Of a stretch of 64,000 nt of DNA, positions 49,352 through 57,297 are shown one piece after another (within the stretch, counting starts at the first letter, position 1; every line of letters begins with the position of its first letter). The stretch is taken from NCBI GenBank assembly GCA_963674755.2, contig CAXXVS010000003.1, positions 2,528,001 to 2,592,000 on the forward strand. The letters run 5' to 3'. This DNA comes from Desulfobacterales bacterium. Its GTDB lineage: Bacteria > Desulfobacterota > Desulfobacteria > Desulfobacterales > UBA5852. The notes beneath the pieces were generated by a model, which was not told the origin of the DNA, ran no database searches, and saw only the letters and a program-made list of their open reading frames with translations. A program made the translations under genes and the position numbers.

Positions 49352-50830
49352 TCACTTGGCTTTGATGATAGCCGGTGGGCTCCAGGTGCCTTTACCGGCC
49401 GGCAGGATGGAAGGTGCTTCCGTCTTCGGCCAATAGAGGCGCATCACGAGATAAATTGATCCGTTCGGTGCCGGCAGCCAGTTGGATTCCTTCTGTTTGC
49501 CCGGTGAATCCTTCTGGATATAGAGTGTCAGCGAACCGTCTGGGTTTTTCTTCATATCCGGCACCATCGGCGAGTTGATGAGGTAACGGTTGATGGGATT
49601 CTTGATGAGCAGCTGTGTCTTGCCGTCGTACATGGTTACGGACCAGAAAGCGTTCACGGGCGGCAGTTGGCCGGCGGGGAAGGTGAGCGTATAGCGATGG
49701 CTGCTGCCATCGAGCGCGTCGCCGTCGGCATCCTGCCGGGTTATCGGATACATGGCCTCAACCGCATCGTTTCCGTAGATGCCGCCTTTGGCAGCAGCGG
49801 CCCGCTTGAGCCAGTTGCCGCTGTAAAAGGCACGGTCACCAAACAGCGAACCGATTTTCCAGCCGTTGGCGTCTTTCATTCTGGCGGACAAGTATTGGTC
49901 TACGCGGTCATCACCCGCCTTCATCGCAAGCAGGATGGCGGCCTTGTGTTCCAAGGAGAGATCCTTGAATTCAAAAGCCTTGTCCGGCCCGATTCCGATG
50001 CGGGCTAACCTGGTTCTTATGGCCCTGTCCTCCGGTGTTATGGGGATGAACGTCAGGGCGGCGTCGAGATACGAGAAGAAGTTGTCCTTGATCCCGCTCG
50101 TCGATGCCGGGAAGAAATCGATCGTGGGGGCGGCGGGCGGAGCGGGCTGTTTCAAATAGGCGGAGAGGGGTTGAACCTTGTATCCCTTTTGAACCGCCAC
50201 CACATTCGGCATGTCGCCGGGATCGAACAGCTGGGTTCTGAAGATGGTCAGTGAAAAAGGTGTCGTTGATCGGAATACCTTTTTGAACCTGGCAGGTGTT
50301 TCGCCCTTCCAATCGGGGCCGGCAACAAGGTAGGCGCCGGCGCCGTTGCCGGTCGCACGGCTTCCGATATAGCCGTAGTTGTAAGTATTGCCGTCAACAA
50401 GCTGAACCGAGTAGTAGCGTTCTTTTTCAACGGCCGGTACGGAGATCACCACTGGCTCCGCCCGCAGGTCCAGCCAGATCATCGAATACGGGGTGTCGCT
50501 GTTGGGCGTTACGACAGCCGTGTCCTTGTAGGTGAATACGTGTTCATCGTTGTAGATCGTGTTGAAGGGAGCCTTGTATTGCCCGGAATTTTTGTCAACG
50601 GCGAATTCGTTCATGATCGCGTAGTTCATCACGATGGGCAAACCATAGATAAAACCTTCCTCGGCAATGTCCTTGGTCTCGGCAATGCCTGGCGCGATAA
50701 TCCCGGCGGCTTTATCAGCCTGCTCGGCGACTGAAATGGCATCGTTCTTTTTAACGCAAGAAGCCAACGCCACGAGTGTGATGACGCAGCATATCATGAT
50801 GACAATTGACTTACGTTCTATCGTTATCAT
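49352..50830 (-). CDS. DUF1254/DUF1214 lipoprotein
   Basis: LASC lipobox; VVTPNSDTPYS, PPVNAFWSVTMY, NWLPAP, MRLYWP. Confidence 0.9.
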   Translation of the reverse strand: MITIERKSIVIMICCVITLVALASCVKKNDAISVAEQADKAAGIIAPGIAETKDIAEEGFIYGLPIVMNYAIMNEFAVDKNSGQYKAPFNTIYNDEHVFTYKDTAVVTPNSDTPYSMIWLDLRAEPVVISVPAVEKERYYSVQLVDGNTYNYGYIGSRATGNGAGAYLVAGPDWKGETPARFKKVFRSTTPFSLTIFRTQLFDPGDMPNVVAVQKGYKVQPLSAYLKQPAPPAAPTIDFFPASTSGIKDNFFSYLDAALTFIPITPEDRAIRTRLARIGIGPDKAFEFKDLSLEHKAAILLAMKAGDDRVDQYLSARMKDANGWKIGSLFGDRAFYSGNWLKRAAAAKGGIYGNDAVEAMYPITRQDADGDALDGSSHRYTLTFPAGQLPPVNAFWSVTMYDGKTQLLIKNPINRYLINSPMVPDMKKNPDGSLTLYIQKDSPGKQKESNWLPAPNGSIYLVMRLYWPKTEAPSILPAGKGTWSPPAIIKAK

Positions 50831-51248
50831 CCGCTTGTCCTCCTGTAAGGGTTATCTTGTCGGGTTAAGTCATCTTTAGCCATATCGTCCAGTAGTGCAG
50901 GTGTGAGGCGCGAGAACAAACAGCCTGGCGAGAAACAAGGAAGCAATGAACCGCCAGCATTGTTGTCAACCAATATGGGTATTCATTACGAATTGACAAG
51001 ATCAAGACCAGCCAAGGGCAACCGTATGGCAAAAGTCTATTTGCCAACGGCCATCCGGCTATGGCGGCGCTCGGCGTGCGGAACGCCTTCAAAGCGGTCT
51101 GCCAAACGGGAAATTTGCGGGCTAATTATTTCTTTGAGGGGTGCTCTGGAAAGATTGTTTTTCGGACATCTGATGCCGGCGTTTCCCTGCATCGTTTTTT
51201 TATACGGCAAATCTTGTCGATCGGTATCGACCGAAGTAGAAAAATCCG

Positions 51249-51311
51249 CCTGAACATGCTGCTGTAGGGCGTGCGGCAGTTTGAACGTCTCTATCAGCGG
51301 ATTTGTTAGCC
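51249..51311 (-). mobile_element. attC site (63 bp)
   Basis: Minus strand GGCTAAC (contains the GNAT TAA stop)-6 nt-GCTGATAG ... CTACAGC-5 nt-GTTCAGG; two extrahelical T on the bottom strand. Confidence 0.7.
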
Positions 51312-51782
51312 TCGGTCCTTGTCGAAGCTTAAAGCAAATCGAAGCATATCCTTGAGTTGAATCCCATTCTCATAGATGGGTTCTTCGTAATTATTAAGAA
51401 AAAAATCCTTGTCAATAGCATCCGCCCGAAAGCCTTCGCGTTGATAAAAGGCCAACTGATATCCGAATGTTCCCGTCCCTACTTCCAATCGTTTCACCTG
51501 CGCTTCACGAGTAGAGGCGATCACATGTTGAAGCAATTTCCTGCCAATACCTTTTTTTTGATGTTCTGGCGCAACGGAGATATTCATTAATTCATGAATA
51601 TCTGCTGAAACGCGTTCAACGATGCACACACCAACGGTCCGATCTTTCAATCTAGCGATAAAGCACCTGGATCGGCTCAGATAGTCTTCAACTTTCGTTC
51701 TTGAAGGATCCGCTTGCAGAAGCAAATCCATGGGTACTTCCGATGCTGTCACTTCTTCTATTCGTATCATGGAATCTGCCAT
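51306..51782 (-). CDS. GNAT family N-acetyltransferase, AT-rich cassette gene
   Basis: LLLQADPS, HQKKGIG, LEVGTG, AFYQREGFR, DMLR. Confidence 0.9.
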   Translation of the reverse strand: MADSMIRIEEVTASEVPMDLLLQADPSRTKVEDYLSRSRCFIARLKDRTVGVCIVERVSADIHELMNISVAPEHQKKGIGRKLLQHVIASTREAQVKRLEVGTGTFGYQLAFYQREGFRADAIDKDFFLNNYEEPIYENGIQLKDMLRFALSFDKDRG

Positions 51783-52105
51783 TTTTATTTCGTTAGTTAA
51801 CGATTATATTATCATGCTGCATGATAATTACGGAAAAGAATTATTTTGAGACACTTCCGCCGTAAAACAAGGCATGGTCTCGAACGGTAAGACGTCCACC
51901 GTGATTTCCGTTTGCACGGGTGGAGCGAGGGCCGGCAGGGGGGGATTGATGAATTGTTCCGTATCAGAATTCGGCTGTTGAGACAATAGGATAGGTCGAT
52001 TTATGGTGTCCCGGCGGATGGCGTTGACGGCCCAATGAAGCCGGCCGGGTTTCATAGGATGTGAGGCTCGCTACGGAAGTATTGCCAAACATCGAGGGAA
52101 GCGGT

Positions 52106-52343
52106 TAGAGTGTCCATCCATAAATGGCATCTTTTGTCCCCTGGCCCGCCGCCGGTATACCAATCCACCTTTGGCGGACAAGCCGTCGTTCTCGCCTCCT
52201 GTCGGTCCTCGACGTAGCAGGGCTACGCCTGCGGGCACCCACCGTTGAAGAATCAATCCGATGGGAAGTCCCGCTCGGCGGGACGCCAGTCGGCTGCGGC
52301 CTTGCCAGGAACCAAAATCTACCACCTCTGGATGGACACTATA
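52106..52343. mobile_element. MITE-like element (subfamily B, two inserts), 238 bp
   Basis: TIR TAGAGTGTCCATCCA / TGGATGGACACTATA; interior similar to 40176-40358 and 56993-57297. Confidence 0.85.
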
Positions 52344-52393
52344 TAGCAAAAACGATCGTATCCGAAGACACTGCCGTCGAAAGGTCAACCGTC

Positions 52394-52768
52394 ATGCGCA
52401 TCAACCGCAGGGAGTTCGAAGCGGCTGCGGAGCGGGCTATCGCAATGATTCCCGAGATGTTCCGGGCCCATTTGGGCAATATTGCCATTGTCGTCGAAAA
52501 TCATCCCTCCCATGAGCTTCTGATGGAAATGGGCATCCCTGCCGACGAGACCCTGTTCGGTGTATTTACCGGCGTTCCCCTGCCTGAGCGTTCGGTCACC
52601 GAACCGCCCCTCTACCCCGACGAGATCATCGTCTTCCGCCAACCGCTCATGGCGGCTTGCAGCAGTCTAAAGGAATTGCAGGAGGAGATCGCTATCACGG
52701 TGATCCACGAGGTGGCCCACTATATGGGGCTGAGCGAAGATCGGCTGGAAGAACTCGGCTACGGCTGA
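52394..52768 (+). CDS. Zincin-like minimal metallopeptidase
   Basis: LFGVFTG, PDEIIVFR, TVIHEVAHYMG, LEELGY. Confidence 0.88.
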   Translation: MRINRREFEAAAERAIAMIPEMFRAHLGNIAIVVENHPSHELLMEMGIPADETLFGVFTGVPLPERSVTEPPLYPDEIIVFRQPLMAACSSLKELQEEIAITVIHEVAHYMGLSEDRLEELGYG

Positions 52769-52784
52769 TAAAAGGAGAACCGTT

Positions 52785-53216
52785 ATGAGCGCATTGATTC
52801 AGCACACGGCTCGGTTGGTGGTGCAACTGGCCACCGGTCCCGACATCCGGGACATTACGGGGGAGTTGGACCGTATCGTCCGCCAGGGCGCCATTCGGGA
52901 GGGGGGGCTGGCGGCCTCCGTGGTGGGATCCACCGGGTCACTTACCACCATCGAATACGAACCCGGGGTGGTGGCGGACCTCAAGGCGGCCATCGAACGG
53001 CTGGCGCCGCAGGATGCCGTCTATGCCCACGAGGAAGCCTGGCACGACGGCAACGGCCACAGCCATGTGCAGGCCGCGCTGCTGGGGCCGTCCCTGCACC
53101 TGCCGGTGCGGGAGGGCCGCCTGGAACTGGGCACCTGGCAGCAGGTGGTGGTCATCAACCATGACAACCGCCCCCGCCGGCGGCCCATCGAGGTGACGGT
53201 GACGGGGGTGCCCTGA
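52785..53216 (+). CDS. YjbQ/UPF0047 family protein
   Basis: GSTGSLTTIEYEPG, NGHSH, LGTWQ; RBS AAGGAG. Confidence 0.9.
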   Translation: MSALIQHTARLVVQLATGPDIRDITGELDRIVRQGAIREGGLAASVVGSTGSLTTIEYEPGVVADLKAAIERLAPQDAVYAHEEAWHDGNGHSHVQAALLGPSLHLPVREGRLELGTWQQVVVINHDNRPRRRPIEVTVTGVP

Positions 53217-53278
53217 TGGTGTCGATGACGAACCAGAGGTTTCAAACTGAGAGGGCGTGATGATTACCGACAATATGA

Positions 53279-53782
53279 AGTGCTTCAATACAGGAAGCCG
53301 ACGGATATACGGACAAGGAACTTGGCCTTGCCCGCCTCCGGGCGTCCAAGACCCGCATCGAGGAAATCATGGAATTTGCCGCCAAGATGAACTACCGGCG
53401 CCTCGGTATGGCGTTCTGCATCGGCCTGAGCCGGGAGGCCAAGGTGGTGGAAAAGCTTTTTGCGTCCCGCGGGTTCGATGTGGTTTCGGCGGCCTGCAAG
53501 GCGGGCCGTATTCCCAAGGAACGCCTTGGCCTGCGCCCGGACCAGCAGCTCGATCCGGAAACGGAGGAGGCCATGTGCAACCCGGTTTTGCAGGCCATGA
53601 TTTTGAACGAGGCGCAAACCGACTTCAATGTCCTCCTGGGACTCTGCGTCGGTCATGACTCCCTGTTCCTGAAGTTTGCCGAAGCCCCCTGCACCGTTCT
53701 GGCCGTAAAAGACCGGGTCCTCGGGCACAACCCCCTGGCGGCCGTGTATAATCTCGACAGCTATTACTGTTCCGTGAAGTGA
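53279..53782 (+). pseudogene. DUF1847 family gene, apparently 5'-truncated
   Basis: AFCIGL, MCNP, GLCVGHDSLF, KDRVLGHNP; family-like sequence (ASIQEA...TRIEEI) extends upstream of the first ATG (53369) to a TGA at 53276. Confidence 0.6.
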
Positions 53783-53860
53783 GGCGCTTGCGCCAAACAA
53801 CCTCATTGGCATTGAACGTCATTTAGCAAGTTGACTTTCAGGCGCCTGGACCAAATTTTA

Positions 53861-53882
53861 ATGATCATATAATGCTGATCAT
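53861..53882. promoter_or_regulatory. Palindromic operator candidate enclosing TATAAT
   Basis: ATGATCA-TATAATGC-TGATCAT upstream of the ADC-family gene. Confidence 0.4.
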
Positions 53883-54163
53883 ACCCTCGACCCGACCGCC
53901 CTCATACGATCATTAACGTCGACCTGCCCCCTCGGAGCGCTTCTCGATTGCCAATCCACCGATAGTTCCTTTTTCTCTGACTATTGATGCCTGAATCGGG
54001 CAACTGTCCTGTATGGAACTGAAGGGATTTCGATTTTCCGGCAACGTTTTGGCTGCGCTTGCCGCCCGCTTATTCACTGCGCCGGCGCGCCATTAAGATT
54101 CGATGGTTGGCTCGAAATGAAAGCCGCCAATGTCCAAAACATTTTTCCAAAAGGAGGTTAGCG

Positions 54164-54949
54164 ATGGGATTCGTAAAGACGATGGAGGAAATCGCCGCCA
54201 GCCACAGAGAGACGGGCGATTTTTACGATGCAGAAGTGCTTACCGTCTTTTTTGAAACCAACCCCAAAGTTGCAGAACGATTCATACCGCCGCCCCTAAG
54301 CCTTGGTCCATTGCCAATCGGCGCTGTCTTTGTCGCCAACTACCCCAAAACCAATTTCAGCGTGTCCTATTTAGAGAGTGCCCTATTCCTGATGGTCACC
54401 CATAACGGTGAAGATGGCGTCTATTGCTTGTCGATGCCGGTCGACAACGATATGGCCCTTATTTTAGGCCGGGAAACGTTCGGTTATCCCAAAAAAATGG
54501 GGAATATCTATTTGGAGCGGGAAGGAAATGATTTCCGCGGGGGGACGGAGCGGCACGGGATACGCTTTATGGAGGTGAAAGCACGCATGGAGGGCGCTTT
54601 CAACGACCCCGGAGCCCAGCAAATCATCGCTGAAATGACCCAAACCAATCCCGACATTGTGGTTTACAACTATAAATATTTCCCCAATCCGGAAATAACC
54701 GGGTTCGACTACAATCCGAGGCTGGTCAAAGAAACAGTGAAACGCCGATTTAAGCATATTGATTATGGCGAGGCCCAACTGTTCTTCAACCCGTCCCCCC
54801 ATGACCCTTGGAGCGACATCGAGATCGTCAAGGTCCTCGGTGCAACCTTCTCGGTGGGCGATAACTCCATGTTGCCGGGTGAAGTGGTCGCCGAAGTCGA
54901 TTCTGCGGAATTTGCGCCCTATGCCTTTATGAAAATGGACGAACTATAG
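54164..54949 (+). CDS. Acetoacetate decarboxylase family protein
   Basis: YLESA, GRETFGYPKK (Schiff-base Lys), SPHDPW; RBS AAGGAGG. Confidence 0.85.
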   Translation: MGFVKTMEEIAASHRETGDFYDAEVLTVFFETNPKVAERFIPPPLSLGPLPIGAVFVANYPKTNFSVSYLESALFLMVTHNGEDGVYCLSMPVDNDMALILGRETFGYPKKMGNIYLEREGNDFRGGTERHGIRFMEVKARMEGAFNDPGAQQIIAEMTQTNPDIVVYNYKYFPNPEITGFDYNPRLVKETVKRRFKHIDYGEAQLFFNPSPHDPWSDIEIVKVLGATFSVGDNSMLPGEVVAEVDSAEFAPYAFMKMDEL

Positions 54950-55210
54950 ACAGCCCTGCTCATTTTCGAAGCATCCGAGATGATCGATGCCGACAAATAG
55001 AAAATAATAGAAAGCCTGCCGAAGACGATGAACGCCAAGGTTGCCGCCCGCAAAATTTTATCGGGTGTAAGCAAAAATCAAGCCTATATTGTATTCCCAT
55101 TCTATGCTAAATTATTCTGGTGGCTTTTAAGAATACACCCCGCAATTTTGAACCCTCTGGGAAACAAATCGGTGGCCATATTCAGATCGGCAAAATGGGC
55201 AACCGAATAG
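54950..55210 (+). pseudogene. C-terminal remnant of a short-chain dehydrogenase-like gene
   Basis: IFEAS...DK*KII...AARKILSGVSKNQAYIVFPFYAKLFWWLLRIHP with an internal TAG at 54998; no Rossmann N-terminus. Confidence 0.55.
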
Positions 55211-55337
55211 AAGCGTCATGCCGTTTTTTACGGACTATAAACCGGTCGTTAGCCATCCAAATGGATGGTCGAACTTTCGTTCGAAGGCAGATTTCACCGT
55301 TTCTGTTCCCATTGGATACTTGTCAAAGGAGGGGTGT

Positions 55338-57011
55338 ATGGAAAAAAGCAGGCGATGGCATGCGCAGTATCCCGAAGGTTTGGCGTTCTGGCCGGAATTT
55401 GAGAAACGGACCCTTTCCCAGGCCCTGACGAAAACCGTTGTTGATTTCCCGGAACGAATCGCCCTTGATTTGTTCGGGAAGAGAATTCCCTATCGGGAGC
55501 TCAATCGGCTGGTCGGCCGATTTGCGCAGGGGCTGCAAAACCTCGGCGTCGCCGCGGGGGACAAGGTGGCCCTGCTGCTGCCGAACATCCCCCAGGTGGT
55601 GATCGCCAATTTCGCCATATGGCGCCTGGGGGCGGTGACAGCCCCGGCCAATCCCCTGTATACGGAACGGGAACTCCTGCATCAGCTGAACGACTCGGAG
55701 GCCACCGTTCTCATCGCGCTGGACCTCCTCATGCCGCGCGTGCAGGGTATCCTGGCGCAAACCGCCGTCCGTGAGGTGATTGCCTGCCATATCAACGACT
55801 ACCTGCCCTTCCCCAAAAATTTCCTTTTCCCCTATGTGAAGAAAGACATGTACCGCGCCATAGCCCCCGGGGACCATCGTCATTTGTTTACCGACATCAT
55901 CAAGGGGACAACGGGCGAGGTGACGGAAGACAAGGCCCGCTGGGATGACCTGGCGGCCCTGCTTTACACGGGCGGCACCACCGGCGTCAGCAAGGGCGTC
56001 ATGCTGACCCACGCCAACCTGTCGATCAATGTGCAGCAGCTTAAAATGTGGTTTTCCCAATTGGAAGAGGGGAAAAGCAGCCTGCTGGCGGTGTTCCCGT
56101 TTTTCCATTCGGCGGGCTTCACGGGGATGCAGAACATGAGTGTCTTCGGCGGATTTACCAATGTCCTGGTGCCCCGGCCGGAGCCCAAGGTCATCGTCGA
56201 CATCATGAAGCGGGTCAAGCCGGATTTCGTCCCCGGGGTCCCCACCATTTATACCGGCCTGCTGAACACGCCGGCCTTCCGGCAAATGGACCACAGCCAT
56301 GCCAAGCTCTTTGTGGCCGGCGCCGCCCCGCTGCCCCCGGAAACCGTGAAGGAGTTGACGTCGCTGACGGGCAAGGGGATTACCAACGTCTACGGGCTTA
56401 CGGAAACCTCACCCATGGCGACGGTCACCCCGTGGATGGGCTTGAACAAGGCCGGCTCGGCGGGCGTGCCGCTGCCGGGGACGGACATGCGCATCGTGGA
56501 CGTGGCGGACAGCGCCAGCGAAATGCCCCCCGGCGAAAAAGGGGAAGTCGCTTTCAAGGGGCCCCAGGTCATGCAGGGCTATTACAAGCGGCCGGAGGAG
56601 ACGGCCGCGGTGCTCAAAGACGGCTGGTTGTATACCGGTGATATCGGCTATATGGACGAAGACGGCTTCCTGACCCTGGTGGACCGTAAGAAAGACATGA
56701 TCATTGCCAGCGGCTACAATATCTTCCCCAACGAGATCGACGACGTTCTCTTCGAACACCCCCAAATCCTGGAGGCCTGCACCATCGGCGTGCCCGATGA
56801 ATACCGCGGCGAGACGGTCAAGGCCTTCGTGGTGTGCAAGCCGGGCGCAAGCTTGAGCGAAGATGAGGTGATCGCCTATTGCCGGACCAAGCTGGCGGCC
56901 TACAAGGTCCCCAAAAGCATCGAATTCATCGCTGAATTGCCCAAAAGCGCCGTCGGCAAATTGTTGCGCAAGGAATTGCGGGCACAAGCGACAGGGCCCA
57001 TCCGGAAATAG
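55338..57011 (+). CDS. Long-chain fatty acid--CoA ligase
   Basis: YTGGTTGVSKG, YGLTE, TGD, DRKKDMI, PKSAVGK; RBS AAGGAGG. Confidence 0.95.
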   Translation: MEKSRRWHAQYPEGLAFWPEFEKRTLSQALTKTVVDFPERIALDLFGKRIPYRELNRLVGRFAQGLQNLGVAAGDKVALLLPNIPQVVIANFAIWRLGAVTAPANPLYTERELLHQLNDSEATVLIALDLLMPRVQGILAQTAVREVIACHINDYLPFPKNFLFPYVKKDMYRAIAPGDHRHLFTDIIKGTTGEVTEDKARWDDLAALLYTGGTTGVSKGVMLTHANLSINVQQLKMWFSQLEEGKSSLLAVFPFFHSAGFTGMQNMSVFGGFTNVLVPRPEPKVIVDIMKRVKPDFVPGVPTIYTGLLNTPAFRQMDHSHAKLFVAGAAPLPPETVKELTSLTGKGITNVYGLTETSPMATVTPWMGLNKAGSAGVPLPGTDMRIVDVADSASEMPPGEKGEVAFKGPQVMQGYYKRPEETAAVLKDGWLYTGDIGYMDEDGFLTLVDRKKDMIIASGYNIFPNEIDDVLFEHPQILEACTIGVPDEYRGETVKAFVVCKPGASLSEDEVIAYCRTKLAAYKVPKSIEFIAELPKSAVGKLLRKELRAQATGPIRK

Positions 57012-57297
57012 CATTTTTTGGCCCCGGGCCCGCCGCCGGTGGGCCGGGTTCCCGAATGGAGATCAATCCACCTTTGGCGGACAAGCCGGCGTTCGCGCCT
57101 CCTGTCGGTCCTCGGCGTAGCCGGGCGACGTCTGCGGGCACCCACCGTTGAAGAATCCATCAGATGGGAAGTCCCGCTTGGCGGGACGCCCGTCGGCTGC
57201 GGTTTGTTGAGCACCGATGAGTTGCGGATCAGACGTGAAATCCCGCGCTGTGCGGCGGGACCAGGAACCCAAATCGACTCTCTCCCGGCGGACCCTA
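56993..57297. mobile_element. MITE-like element (subfamily B, three inserts), about 305 bp
   Basis: Closely similar to 52106-52343; decayed TIR AGGGCCCATCCGG / CCGGCGGACCCT; touches the stop codons of both flanking genes. Confidence 0.8.

Noticed and set aside
50831..51248. Short ORFs or an extra attC in this spacer
   Set aside because: No RBS-supported ORF; only a weak right-arm resemblance near 51040-51075
52124..52393. N-terminal extension of the zincin ORF, and the similar ORFs at 57018-57314 and 40178-40375
   Set aside because: These are translations of the MITE sequence, not genes
53276..53278. In-frame TGA as selenocysteine in the DUF1847 gene
   Set aside because: More stops lie just upstream, there is no start codon, and no clear SECIS-like hairpin
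54947..55000. TAG read-through (pyrrolysine) fusing the ADC gene to the SDR remnant
   Set aside because: The remnant lacks catalytic domains; sharing a frame is a one-in-three coincidence
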